In this document: positions 1 to 8,956 of the stretch, piece after piece | Position numbering within the stretch: the first letter of the stretch is position 1 | Layout: each line of letters begins with the position of its first letter | NCBI GenBank assembly: GCA_021792855.1 | Contig: JAJYTW010000002.1 | Span: 8,700-72,699, forward strand | Source: Actinomycetes bacterium | GTDB lineage: Bacteria; Actinomycetota; Actinomycetes; Streptosporangiales; Streptosporangiaceae | Length of the DNA stretch: 64,000 nucleotides | Direction: 5' to 3' | Notes under the pieces: generated by a model | What the model was told of the DNA's origin: nothing | Seen by the model: only the letters and a program-made list of their open reading frames with translations | Databases searched by the model: none | Position numbers and translations under genes: made by a program

Positions 1-531
1 GGCGGCCGGGTAGCGCGGGCCGATCATCTCCCCGGCCGCGGCCAGTTCCGCGTGCAGCCTCGGGCCCTCGCCGGCGATCGGGTACCCGGCCGGGACCTGC
101 GCGGGCAGGGTGACGACCGGATCGGTGAGCCTGCTGCCGTCTGGCCCGAACCTCGCCCAGTAGACCTCCCGGCGCCTGGCGTCGGTCGCGACGATGAACT
201 CACGGCCGTCCGCCTCGTGCCTGGCCTGCGCGGCGAGGATGTCGAGCGAGCAGATGCCGTCCACCCGGATGCCGAGCGTGCTGCCGAGCACCTGGGCGGT
301 CACCAGGCCGACCCGCAGGCCGGTGTAGGGGCCGGGACCAGTGCCGACCGCGACGCCGGTCAGGTCGGCCGTCCCGGCGCCCGCTCCGGCCAGGATCGCG
401 GCGATGGACGGGGCGAGCAGCTCACCGTGCCTGCGCGCGTCGATGGTGGTCTCGTGCCCGACGACGCGGGCGCCGTCGTGCAGGGCCACGGTCACGGCGG
501 GCGTCGCTGTGTCGAAGGCGAGGATTAGCAC
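1..531 (-). CDS. tsaB: tRNA threonylcarbamoyladenosine biosynthesis protein TsaB (5' part; the 3' end lies beyond the window start)
   Basis: Absent from the ORF track because there is no stop in the window. Hand translation of the minus strand from GTG 531-529 gives MLILAFDTATPAVTVALHDG...GVAVGTGPGPYTGLRVGLVTAQ...DARRREVYWARF, a TsaB/YeaZ-like signature. It sits in the usual alr-tsaE-tsaB neighbourhood. Confidence 0.85.
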   Translation of the reverse strand, partial: MLILAFDTATPAVTVALHDGARVVGHETTIDARRHGELLAPSIAAILAGAGAGTADLTGVAVGTGPGPYTGLRVGLVTAQVLGSTLGIRVDGICSLDILAAQARHEADGREFIVATDARRREVYWARFGPDGSRLTDPVVTLPAQVPAGYPIAGEGPRLHAELAAAGEMIGPRYPAA

Positions 532-575
532 GATGTCTCAGCGTAGTCACCGGGACCGGCAGCCCGCGCCAGCCG

Positions 576-1595
576 TCAGTGACCGGACCGCGGCGCGGCC
601 TCGACCGCGGCGAGCAGTTGCCTGGCCGCGGCCTCGGCGGCGGTCGTGAGCTGGCCGACCGGGGCCGGCCCGAAGCCCGGGCTGACCATGGCCTCGAGGT
701 AGACCGCGACGACCACGTTCCGGTAGCGCACCACGACCGTGACCCGGTTGCTCGCATAGCTGCCGGTCGAGGCCTGCACGGCGGTGAACGCGGCGTTCCC
801 GAACCCGGGCAGCGGCGTGATCGAGGCCGGCGGCAGCGGGCCGTGCTTGGGCGGCCTGGCCAGCTGGCCGCGCTGCTGGGCGAAGGCGTACACGGCGTAG
901 TCGGTGGCGCTGCCGTTGCCCGGGGCGTCCAGGTAGGGCTGGTACGCCTGCATCGTGATGTTCAGCACCCGGAACACCGGCTTGGCGTCCCGCTGATAGG
1001 TGCACTGGCTCTGCTGCGCGGAGTTGATCGGCTGGATGACGCTGGTCCGCTGGCCGCCCAGGTAGGCGGCCAGGGCGGTCGTGCCGACCACGCGACACGC
1101 GTTCGGCACGGTGCGGAGTTCGCCCTTCTGGAAGGTGGTGATGAAGGCGCTCCTGGCCGGGCTCTTTCGGTTGCCGTAGAGCACCAGACCGGCCACCACG
1201 GCGGCCACCGCCACGACGGCGCCGAGCACCACCATCCGCCGCCTCAGCCGACGTCGCCTGGTGGCCGCCGCCCGGCTGCGCCGCTTGCGCCCAGGTGCGG
1301 CGGGCGACTGGTCATCATCGGTCGCCTGCGGCTCGACCGACCCGGCGTATTCCGGCTCCGCGGCGTATTCCGGCTCGCCGTCATACTCCGGCTCGCCGTC
1401 ATAGGGCTGCGGGTCGTACGGGTCCTGGTCGTACCCGTCCCGGTCACGGGCCCGCCGGCCAGAACCCGGCCGTTCGTCGTAGTACCTGACATCCGACTGC
1501 TCCGCCGGCCTGGACCGAACCGGCCCGCGTTCCCGCTGCCAGCCAGCGCGACCGTAGGGGTCGGAACCGGAAGGCGGGTAGCCCTGCTCAGTCAC
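576..1595 (-). CDS. hypothetical membrane-anchored protein (acidic Pro/Tyr/Asp-rich N-terminus, one TM helix, about 200-aa C-terminal domain)
   Basis: Track ORF 576..1910 overlaps tsaE. I prefer the GTG at 1595, preceded by GGGAGGA (1607-1601) with a 5-nt spacer; an alternative ATG is at 1625. RRRRLRRR followed by MVVLGAVVAVAAVVAGLVLY forms a signal-anchor. I recognise no family motif. Confidence 0.6.
   Translation of the reverse strand: MTEQGYPPSGSDPYGRAGWQRERGPVRSRPAEQSDVRYYDERPGSGRRARDRDGYDQDPYDPQPYDGEPEYDGEPEYAAEPEYAGSVEPQATDDDQSPAAPGRKRRSRAAATRRRRLRRRMVVLGAVVAVAAVVAGLVLYGNRKSPARSAFITTFQKGELRTVPNACRVVGTTALAAYLGGQRTSVIQPINSAQQSQCTYQRDAKPVFRVLNITMQAYQPYLDAPGNGSATDYAVYAFAQQRGQLARPPKHGPLPPASITPLPGFGNAAFTAVQASTGSYASNRVTVVVRYRNVVVAVYLEAMVSPGFGPAPVGQLTTAAEAAARQLLAAVEAAPRSGH
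1343..1414. repeat. 18-nt tandem repeat, 3 good copies plus 1 degenerate (in-frame; encodes the (D/A)(G/A)EPEY repeats of the orphan protein)
   Basis: cggcgtattccggctccg / cggcgtattccggctcgc / cgtcatactccggctcgc / cgtcatagggctgcgggt. Confidence 0.9.
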
Positions 1596-1731
1596 AGCGA
1601 TCCTCCCTGCCAGGGCAGCGGGCATTGGGTCGGGAAGCCGGTAGGAGTCACCGAATTCTAGTGGCGCGGACGGTCCCCGCGAGCGACAGATCAGAACAAT
1701 TGGACGTACCGTTGACCGCCCGCGGCGTGGC

Positions 1732-2385
1732 TCAGCCCCTGTCGGCCAGTGCCCGATCCGCCAGTGCCTGATCCGCCAGTGCGGCCCGCAGCGCGCCGGC
1801 GGCGGCCAGCCACCGGTCGCCGAAGCCGGCCACCCGCACCACCCTCGGCTCGGCTGGCGCGCCGTCACCCGCGCCGCCGTCACCCGCGCCCGAACCAGCG
1901 CCGCCGTCACCCGCGCCCGAACCAGCGCCGCCCGGCCGGTCGATTGAGACCAGCAGATATCCGGGCGCCAGATTCTCGACCAGTCCCTCGCCCCACTCGA
2001 CCACGGTCACCGAGTGATCGAGATCGGCGTCCAGGTCCAGGTCGTCGACCTCCAGCCGGCTGCCGAGCCGGTACGCGTCGGCGTGTACCAGGTCCGGTCC
2101 ACCGCGCAGGGACGGATGCACCCGGGCGATCACGAACGTCGGGGAGGTGATCGGTCCGCGCACCCCGAGTCCCTCGCCGATGCCCTGGACCAGCGTGGTC
2201 TTCCCGGCGCCCAGCGGACCGGCCAGCACGACCAGGTCACCGGGACCAAGCACCGTCGCCAGGCGCGCGCCCAGCGCCCGCATCCGGTCCGGCTCGGGGA
2301 CCCTAGCCGTGCCGGTAACCGATGCCTCCCCCGGCTCATCCGGGGCCTGCCCGACCGCCGGGGCCGTCGTCGCCTGCTCGTTCAC
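1732..2385 (-). CDS. tsaE: tRNA threonylcarbamoyladenosine biosynthesis ATPase TsaE
   Basis: P-loop GPLGAGKTTLVQGIG, then SPTFVI and the VVEWGE motif. The C-terminal tail is made of in-frame repeats. Its start overlaps the upstream hydrolase stop by 4 nt (ATGA). Confidence 0.9.
   Translation of the reverse strand: MNEQATTAPAVGQAPDEPGEASVTGTARVPEPDRMRALGARLATVLGPGDLVVLAGPLGAGKTTLVQGIGEGLGVRGPITSPTFVIARVHPSLRGGPDLVHADAYRLGSRLEVDDLDLDADLDHSVTVVEWGEGLVENLAPGYLLVSIDRPGGAGSGAGDGGAGSGAGDGGAGDGAPAEPRVVRVAGFGDRWLAAAGALRAALADQALADRALADRG
1745..1782. repeat. 15-nt tandem repeat, 2.5 copies (TsaE C-terminus ALADQ/ALADR)
   Basis: gccagtgcccgatcc / gccagtgcctgatcc / gccagtgc. Confidence 0.9.
1861..1929. 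repeat. 27-nt tandem repeat, 2 copies, preceded by a 15-nt partial copy (TsaE Gly/Ala/Asp tail)
   Basis: gccgtcacccgcgcc, then two copies of gccgtcacccgcgcccgaaccagcgcc. Confidence 0.9.
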
Positions 2386-3452
2386 CGTGCTCCCGCTCGT
2401 TCCATGGCCCGCTCGGCCAGCCGGGCGATCGCCTCGTTGACCTCCTCGGGCCGTTCCAGGATGACGATGTGCCCGGCCCCGTGCACCCGGACCAGGTCGG
2501 CACCGTCGATGCCGCCGGCGATCTCGTCCGACAGCCGCGGATCGACCAGTCGGTCCTTGTCGCCGGTCAGCACCAGTACCGGCACCTTGCCGAGCACCTT
2601 GAGCGCGTGCCGCTTCTCGTGGCCGACCAGCGCGACGTAGAAGTCGGCGATCACGTCGATCGGGGTAGCCCGGATGATCCGCTCAAGGAAGTCAACCACG
2701 GTCGGGCTGACTCCAGAGTCGCCGAACGCCAGCCGCCTGGTGCCGAGGAACGCGATGTCGCTGGCCGACTGCCTGCCTCGCTCGACCACGTCGGCGACCC
2801 GGCCCTTGGCCGCGCCGGTCACCATGGTCGGCACCATCCGCCGGATCGCCGGGCGCAGCGGCGGCGGCAGCCAGGTGACCGGGTCGACCGTGGAGGCGGC
2901 GGTGGAGATCAGCACTGCGCCGATCACCTTGGCGCCGAACAACTCCGGGTGCTGGTCGGCCAGCGCCATCACGGTCATGCCGCCCATGGAGTGCCCGACC
3001 AGGACGACCGGCGTGTCTCCCGGCGCGGTGGCCATCAGGATCTCGTGCAGGTCGGCGCCAAGCTGATCGATGCTGACCAGGTCGGGATCGGACCTGCCGG
3101 ACCGCCCGTGGCTGCGCTGGTCCCAGAAAACGCAGCGGAAGAGCCGTTCCAGCCCGGCCCGCTGGTAGTACCAGACATCCTGGTTGAGCGTGTAGCCGTG
3201 GCAGAAGATCAGCGTGACCGGAGCATCGGCGGGGCCGCTGATCTCGACGTGCAGCGGCAGGCCGTCGTCGGCCCGGACCGTGAGCGCCTCGCCCCGGATG
3301 TCGCCGAACGGCTCCCCGGCCGCGGGGTCCGGCCGCAGCCTGATCCGGCCAATGGCGATCTTCTCCGCCACCACCACGGCACCTGCCCCGGCGGCGATCG
3401 CGCCCGCGGCGAGCCCGGCGACCTCGCTGAACCGTCGCCAGCTGACCATCAA
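2382..3452 (-). CDS. alpha/beta-fold hydrolase
   Basis: Nucleophile elbow VGHSMGG and HGAGH near the C-terminus. It has 4-nt overlaps with alr (3449-3452) and tsaE (2382-2385). Confidence 0.8.
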   Translation of the reverse strand: MMVSWRRFSEVAGLAAGAIAAGAGAVVVAEKIAIGRIRLRPDPAAGEPFGDIRGEALTVRADDGLPLHVEISGPADAPVTLIFCHGYTLNQDVWYYQRAGLERLFRCVFWDQRSHGRSGRSDPDLVSIDQLGADLHEILMATAPGDTPVVLVGHSMGGMTVMALADQHPELFGAKVIGAVLISTAASTVDPVTWLPPPLRPAIRRMVPTMVTGAAKGRVADVVERGRQSASDIAFLGTRRLAFGDSGVSPTVVDFLERIIRATPIDVIADFYVALVGHEKRHALKVLGKVPVLVLTGDKDRLVDPRLSDEIAGGIDGADLVRVHGAGHIVILERPEEVNEAIARLAERAMERAGAR

Positions 3453-4663
3453 TCCTCCCGCGAACCCGCCTGCGCCAGGTCCGGCCAGTCGGCCGGAGCC
3501 TGCGACCCGGACGTGGCGATGCGGACCGCCAGCGAGTCCGCCCGGGTTACCCCACAGTAGCTTCTGGGGATCTTAGCCGTAAACCGCGTGACAATATCGT
3601 ACGAAATCGTCCCTAGTGCGTCGGCCCATTCCTGTGCCGTCGGCTCGCCGTGGTTCCCGGGGCCGAACAGCACGACCTCGTCGCCCGCCTGGATCGGCAG
3701 GTCGCCGGCGTCTATCACGAACTGGTTCATGCAGACAGTGCCGGCGATCGTGACCCGGTTGCCGCGGACAAGCACCTGCGCCGTGTTGGTCCCGGCCCGG
3801 GGCACGCCCTCGTTGTAGCCGAGCGGGACCAGGCCCAGCGTGGTTTCCCCGGTCGTGGTGTAGCGATGCCCGTAGGAGACCCCGGTTCCGGCCGGGACCC
3901 GTTTGGCCTGCACCAGGTGCGCTCGGACGGTCATCGCCGGGCGCAGCCAGTCCGGCGGGCCGCCGGGCAGGGTAGCCAGGCCGGTCACGCCGCCCCCCGG
4001 GCGCACCAGGTCGAACCAGGTATCGGGTCTGGTCAGCATCGCCGGGGTGTTGGCCAGGTGCCGGACGACGGGGCGCAGGCCGGCCCGTTCGGCGATGCCC
4101 AGCGCCCGCCGGAACGTCTCAAGCTGAGCGTCAACGGATTCGTGCCCGGGAATGTCGGCGCAGGCCAGGTGCGACCAGACGCCGATGATCTGGCACCGCC
4201 CGGCGGCCTGCTCGGCGCTCGCCGCGGCCACCAGGTCCGGCCAGGCCGTCATCGGCGCGCCGCCGCGGCTCATCCCGGTATCGGCCTTCAGGTGCAGTCG
4301 GGCGGGCAACCCGACCCGGGCGGCGATCGCGCAGATCTGCCGGAGCAGTTCGACGGTCCCGACGCTGAGATCGACGTTGTGCCTGATCGCGTCCTCGTGC
4401 GGCGCGTCCGGCGCGGCGAGCAGGCAGAGCACCGGGGCCGTGATCCCGGCCTGGCGCAGCGCGATCGCCTCGGCCACGTGACCCACGCCCAGCCACTGGG
4501 CTCCGGCGGCCAGCGCAGCGGTGGCCGTCGGCAACGCGCCGTGCCCGTAGCCGTCGGACTTGACCACGGCCATCACGGCGGCGCCCTGTACGTGCCTAAC
4601 GATCGCCGCGACGTTCGACCGGATCACGTCCAGGTCGACGATCGCTTCCGGGTGCCCATCCAT
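3449..4663 (-). CDS. alr: alanine racemase
   Basis: AVVKSDGYGHG PLP-lysine motif, about 404 aa counted from ATG 4663 (MDGHPEAIVDLDVIRSN). The track ORF to 5032 is an over-extension that runs into the upstream gene. Confidence 0.9.
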   Translation of the reverse strand: MDGHPEAIVDLDVIRSNVAAIVRHVQGAAVMAVVKSDGYGHGALPTATAALAAGAQWLGVGHVAEAIALRQAGITAPVLCLLAAPDAPHEDAIRHNVDLSVGTVELLRQICAIAARVGLPARLHLKADTGMSRGGAPMTAWPDLVAAASAEQAAGRCQIIGVWSHLACADIPGHESVDAQLETFRRALGIAERAGLRPVVRHLANTPAMLTRPDTWFDLVRPGGGVTGLATLPGGPPDWLRPAMTVRAHLVQAKRVPAGTGVSYGHRYTTTGETTLGLVPLGYNEGVPRAGTNTAQVLVRGNRVTIAGTVCMNQFVIDAGDLPIQAGDEVVLFGPGNHGEPTAQEWADALGTISYDIVTRFTAKIPRSYCGVTRADSLAVRIATSGSQAPADWPDLAQAGSRED

Positions 4664-4764
4664 GTCCCCCCAGTGTGCCAGTCCCGGGCGGCCAGTGGGG
4701 CCAGCCAGACGGCACCGGTCCGGCCGGGCCGGGCGGACGATCGTCCGCCCGGGCCGGCCGCCCG

Positions 4765-6774
4765 CTACTTGACCACGCAGCCCTGGCTGTGGCCGGCCGC
4801 CGGGAAGGCCCGGGCGAGCGCGTTGGCGATGTCCAGTGCCCGGTGCATGTAGCCGAGCGAGGTGTAGTGGATGCCGTCGGAGATGAACCACGAGCGCCTG
4901 GCCAGCGCGGCCCAGTTCATCACCCGCATGTTCGGGTACCTGGCGCAGGCGGCGAGCAGGGCCCGGTTCCACTTCGCCATGTTGGCCTCGGCGTAGGGCC
5001 CGCTGTTCAGCAGCGAGATCACGTTCACCCACATCACCGGCATGCCCCGGGTAACCGCCATCATCTGGCTGATCCGGTACTTCAGCGAGTAGGTCGAGCC
5101 AACCGCCACGTCGGCGGTGTCGTCGGTGCCGAGCGCGATCACCCAGCAGCCCCGGAACCCGGTCCGCAGGATGTTCTTGGCGGCGTTGTAGCCGTTCACC
5201 CCGCCGGGCAGCACCTCGACGATCGAGCGAGCCCCCTCGATGTCGGTCACCACGGTGCGCACACCGACGTCCTCGTACCTGGCGGTGATCCGCTGCTTCG
5301 GATTCGGCAGGTAGTTCGGTGAGGTCAGGCCCTCGGAGGTGGAGTCCCCGATATGCGCGACGGACTGGCAGGAGGTCCGCAGCGGCCCGCCACCCGGCGT
5401 GCCGGGCGCCGGCGAGGCCGGGGCCGACGGCGTGGCCGTGGGCTTCGCCGAGTGCGCGGCCTTGGGCGACCTGACCACGGTCCTGGTCACCGGCATCTGC
5501 AGCGACCCGGCTGCTAGCAGCGACCCGCTGGCGCCGGCCGGCGACCGGACCGCGCCGGTCAGTCCGGCGCCGGCGATCACCAGCACGCCGGCCGTCCCGG
5601 CGGTAGCCGCGACGCTGCCGAGATTGGCGAGTCCGGCCGACCGCGGCCGCCAGTGCGCCGCCCTGGCCCTGGTCCAGGCCCGCTCGATCGCGCCGTGCCT
5701 GATCGGCTCCTCGATGAACTTCCAGGACAGCGCGGCCAGCGCGATGGCGGCGGCGATCTGGAGCGCGGCCCGGCCGAGGTTCTCCGTGGCGTTCGGCGGC
5801 GTGGTCAGCACGATCACCGGATAGTGCCAGAGGTAGATGCCGTAGGAGCGGGCGCCGATCCAGCGCAGCGGGCGCCAGCCGAGGGCGACGCCGACCACGC
5901 CGCCCGGACAGGCGACGGCTGCGACCACGGCGACGGTGGCGACCGAGAGCACGACCATGCCGCCCCGGTAGGCGAACGCGGAGTACTGCCCGACCCGCCA
6001 GATCATCAGGCCGATCACGGCGAGGCCGGCCAGGCCGGCCACGTCCAGCAGGGTGCGACCCCAGGCAGGCAACTTGGCCTGGCCGATGGCCGGCCAGGCC
6101 AGCGCCAGGATCGCGCCGATCAGCAGGCCGAACGCGCGGGTGTCGGTGCCCTCGTAGACCCTGGTCGGGTCCACGCCCGGCTGGTACAGGTGCGCCATCA
6201 GGTACACCGAGACGCCGGTCAGCAGCGTCGCCGGGATGACCTGCCAGGCGATCGCCCGGCCGCCAAGCCTGCGCACGAGCAGCAGGCCGGCGATCAGGAT
6301 CAGCGGCCAGAGCAGATAGAACTGCTCCTCAACCGCCAGCGACCAGAGGTGATCCAGCGGTTGCGGCGGCGCGAATCTGGCGAAGTACGACTGATTCTTC
6401 GCGATCAGATACCAGTTGCTGAAGTACCCGGCCGCCGCGCCCACTGCGCCGCGCAGGCTGGCCAGCCTGGCCCGATCCGCGATCGTCACCCAGGCGGTGA
6501 CGACCGCCAGCATGACGAAGAGCGCGGGCAGCAGGCGGCGGGCGCGCCGCAGCCAGAAATCGCCAAGCCGGATCCCGCCGATGGCGGTCCACTGGCCGAT
6601 CAGCAGGCTGGTGATCAGGAACCCGCTCAGCGTGAAGAAGACCCCCACGCCGAGCAGTCCGCCCTGCGCCCATCCGAACTGCTCGTGATAGGCGATGACG
6701 GCAAGCACGGCGAGCGCGCGCAATCCATCCAGGCCAGGCATGTAGCGCTGGCCGGTACCCACAGGCTTCGGCAT
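4765..6774 (-). CDS. acyltransferase family 3 (OafA/YrhL-type) membrane O-acyltransferase fused to a C-terminal SGNH/GDSL hydrolase domain
   Basis: N-terminal GLDGLRALAVLAVIAYH and about 10 TM helices typical of AT3. A Pro/Ala/Thr linker follows, then HIGDSTS (SGNH block I) and DGIHYT (block V-like). Confidence 0.85.
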   Translation of the reverse strand: MPKPVGTGQRYMPGLDGLRALAVLAVIAYHEQFGWAQGGLLGVGVFFTLSGFLITSLLIGQWTAIGGIRLGDFWLRRARRLLPALFVMLAVVTAWVTIADRARLASLRGAVGAAAGYFSNWYLIAKNQSYFARFAPPQPLDHLWSLAVEEQFYLLWPLILIAGLLLVRRLGGRAIAWQVIPATLLTGVSVYLMAHLYQPGVDPTRVYEGTDTRAFGLLIGAILALAWPAIGQAKLPAWGRTLLDVAGLAGLAVIGLMIWRVGQYSAFAYRGGMVVLSVATVAVVAAVACPGGVVGVALGWRPLRWIGARSYGIYLWHYPVIVLTTPPNATENLGRAALQIAAAIALAALSWKFIEEPIRHGAIERAWTRARAAHWRPRSAGLANLGSVAATAGTAGVLVIAGAGLTGAVRSPAGASGSLLAAGSLQMPVTRTVVRSPKAAHSAKPTATPSAPASPAPGTPGGGPLRTSCQSVAHIGDSTSEGLTSPNYLPNPKQRITARYEDVGVRTVVTDIEGARSIVEVLPGGVNGYNAAKNILRTGFRGCWVIALGTDDTADVAVGSTYSLKYRISQMMAVTRGMPVMWVNVISLLNSGPYAEANMAKWNRALLAACARYPNMRVMNWAALARRSWFISDGIHYTSLGYMHRALDIANALARAFPAAGHSQGCVVK

Positions 6775-6989
6775 CGTTCCCCCCTGGCCGCGACCCGTCT
6801 CGGCGAGGTGCGAGATCCCGATCTAGCGGCAGTGGGTAACTACCCGAGGTGAATTAATGAGTACGTATCGGTGATGGCAAGAATCCGCGCGGGAAATACC
6901 GGGTTCATAAAGCCAATTCATTGCCGCCACCGGCAATTGCCGCCAGGCGGCGCCGCCATTGTCCGGGCGGCGCCACGGGGCGCGGGGTG

Positions 6990-7964
6990 CTACCTGACGA
7001 TCCGGCCGCTCGGCCGGCCAGCGCGCGGGAAGGCGCGCGCGAGAGCGTCGGCGATGGCGCGGGCTCGCTGCACCACGCCAACCGAGTTGTAGTGGATCCC
7101 GTCGGGCAGGAACCAGGCCGGCCGCGCGACCGCCGACCAGTCGAAGATCCGCAGATTCGGGTACCTGGCGAGCGCCCGTACCAGGGCCCGGTTGAATCGC
7201 TGCTCATTGGCGTTCGCCCACGGCCCCGAGGTCAGCAGGGTCCGGGTGTTCACCCACAGCACAGGCTGGCCGTGCGCGACCGACATCATCCGGTCGATCC
7301 TGGCGGCGTCCCCGACCGCCGAGCCTGCCGCGATGTTGGCCGCGTCATTCGTGCCGAGCGCGAACACCCAGCAGCCGTGATAGCCCTGGGCACGCCAGGC
7401 CCTGGCCACGTTGTAGCCGTTGACCTGACCGGGCAGGGTCTCGACGATGGACCGCCCGCCGGAGGCGTCGATCCGGACGTGCCGGACGCCGACGGCGGCG
7501 TACCTGGCCCCGAGTCGCTGCGAACGGCTGGGAATGTCCAGCGGCGAGATCAGGTCCACCGAGGTGGAATCGCCGATGTGCGCGACCGACCGGCAGGACG
7601 TGAGCAGCCTGGCCGCCCGTGCGGAATGGACGGGGCTGGACTGACCGCCCGGGCTCGCCTGGCCGGAGCGTTGTGTCTGCCCGGAGTGCCGGGTGATCGG
7701 GCCGGCCGGGCCGGCCGGGCCGGTCGCCCGGGCGGCGGCCTGGTGAATCCGCCCCGCGGCGGCCACCCCGGCCGGGCGGGTGGCCCGCGGTGACCGGGAC
7801 CAGGTCCCGGCCACCGCGACGCCGGCGGCGGTCGCGGCCAGTGCCACGGCTACGCCCGCCGTGATCCCGGTCAGCCGCCGGAGCACGCGGCGCCGGCCTG
7901 CCCGGGGCGACCGGCCGCCTGGGGGCTGCGACCGGTTCGGGCCGGGACTAGCTGCTGACCGCAT
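6990..7964 (-). CDS. secreted or membrane-anchored SGNH/GDSL-family hydrolase, paralogous to the C-terminal domain of the neighbouring AT3 protein
   Basis: Start is ATG 7964, with GGAG 7 nt upstream. It has an Arg-rich N-terminus plus a TM anchor. TSCRSVAHIGDSTS...DGIHYNS aligns by eye along about 200 aa with residues about 470-669 of the 4765..6774 product. Confidence 0.8.
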   Translation of the reverse strand: MRSAASPGPNRSQPPGGRSPRAGRRRVLRRLTGITAGVAVALAATAAGVAVAGTWSRSPRATRPAGVAAAGRIHQAAARATGPAGPAGPITRHSGQTQRSGQASPGGQSSPVHSARAARLLTSCRSVAHIGDSTSVDLISPLDIPSRSQRLGARYAAVGVRHVRIDASGGRSIVETLPGQVNGYNVARAWRAQGYHGCWVFALGTNDAANIAAGSAVGDAARIDRMMSVAHGQPVLWVNTRTLLTSGPWANANEQRFNRALVRALARYPNLRIFDWSAVARPAWFLPDGIHYNSVGVVQRARAIADALARAFPRAGRPSGRIVR

Positions 7965-8245
7965 GGTTTGCTCCGTTCGGCTTTCGTGGCACGGGCACGC
8001 GCCGGATGTCACCGCGCTGATCTGCTGTGGGGGGTACGCGGGTGAGCCTGCCTGGCTCCGCGCTCGGGCCCGAGGGGACTGGCTGGCGCACTTGCCGCCG
8101 CACAGTGAACAACGACCAACCGGATCATGACGATTCCGTAACCCCCGTCACACCGTCCGTGATCTCCTTTCAACGAGGAGATCGCCATGGGCACGCCGAT
8201 CGCTACGCTCAGTGACGGCCGGGGCAGCCACGTAGGCTTACCGTC

Positions 8246-8956
8246 GTGGACCGGCCCTACGTCGTGCTGAGCTGCGCGGTGTCCATCGACGGCTACCTCG
8301 ATGACGCCACCGGCGACCGCCTCGTGCTGTCCGGACCGGCCGACCTGGACCGGGTCGACGCCCTGCGGGCGGCGTGCGACGCGATCCTGGTCGGCGCCGG
8401 GACGATCCGCGCGGACGACCCGTCGCTAGTGGTCCGGTCGGCGGTCCGGCGGGCCCGCCGGACCGCGCTGGGACGGCCGGCCAGTCCGCTCCGGGTCACC
8501 GTGACCGGCCGCGGCGATCTCGACCCGGCGGCACGGTTCTTCGCGGCCGGGCCGTCCGGCGCGCTGGTCTACGCCGACTCGGCCGTGGCCGCCAGGCTGC
8601 GCGCCGTGCTCGGCGGGGCCGCTCCGGTCATCGACGCCGGCACGCCGGTCTCGTTCCCGCTGCTCCTCGCCGACCTGGCCGGACGCGGGGTCGCCCGGCT
8701 GATGGTGGAGGGCGGCGGCGCGGTGCTGACCCAGTTCCTCACGCTGGGACTGGCCGACGAACTCCGGCTGGCGATCGCGCCCCTGTTCGTCGGCGATCCC
8801 GCGGCGCCGAGGCTGGTGACCGCCGGCAACTTCCCCCAGAACGCGGGCCACCGGGCCGTGCTGGCCGACATTGGCCGGGCCGGCGACATGGCGGTGCTGC
8901 GGTACGGGCTCTCCGGCAGGTTCGAGCCGGACTGGCTAGCCGAGTCCGGCGGCTGA
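8246..8956 (+). CDS. RibD C-terminal domain / dihydrofolate-reductase-like reductase
   Basis: RPYVVLSCAVSIDGYLDD...ILVGAGTIRADDPSLV...LMVEGGGAVLTQFL is typical of the RibD_C fold. No deaminase domain is present. Confidence 0.75.
   Translation: MDRPYVVLSCAVSIDGYLDDATGDRLVLSGPADLDRVDALRAACDAILVGAGTIRADDPSLVVRSAVRRARRTALGRPASPLRVTVTGRGDLDPAARFFAAGPSGALVYADSAVAARLRAVLGGAAPVIDAGTPVSFPLLLADLAGRGVARLMVEGGGAVLTQFLTLGLADELRLAIAPLFVGDPAAPRLVTAGNFPQNAGHRAVLADIGRAGDMAVLRYGLSGRFEPDWLAESGG

Noticed and set aside
7965-8245. FMN (RFN) riboswitch upstream of the RibD-C-like gene.
   Set aside because: I could not find the conserved RFN core segments (for example GGGGCAGGGTGAAATTCCC or GGTTAAAGTCCGG-like motifs) on the plus strand. 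Only a simple hairpin is present.
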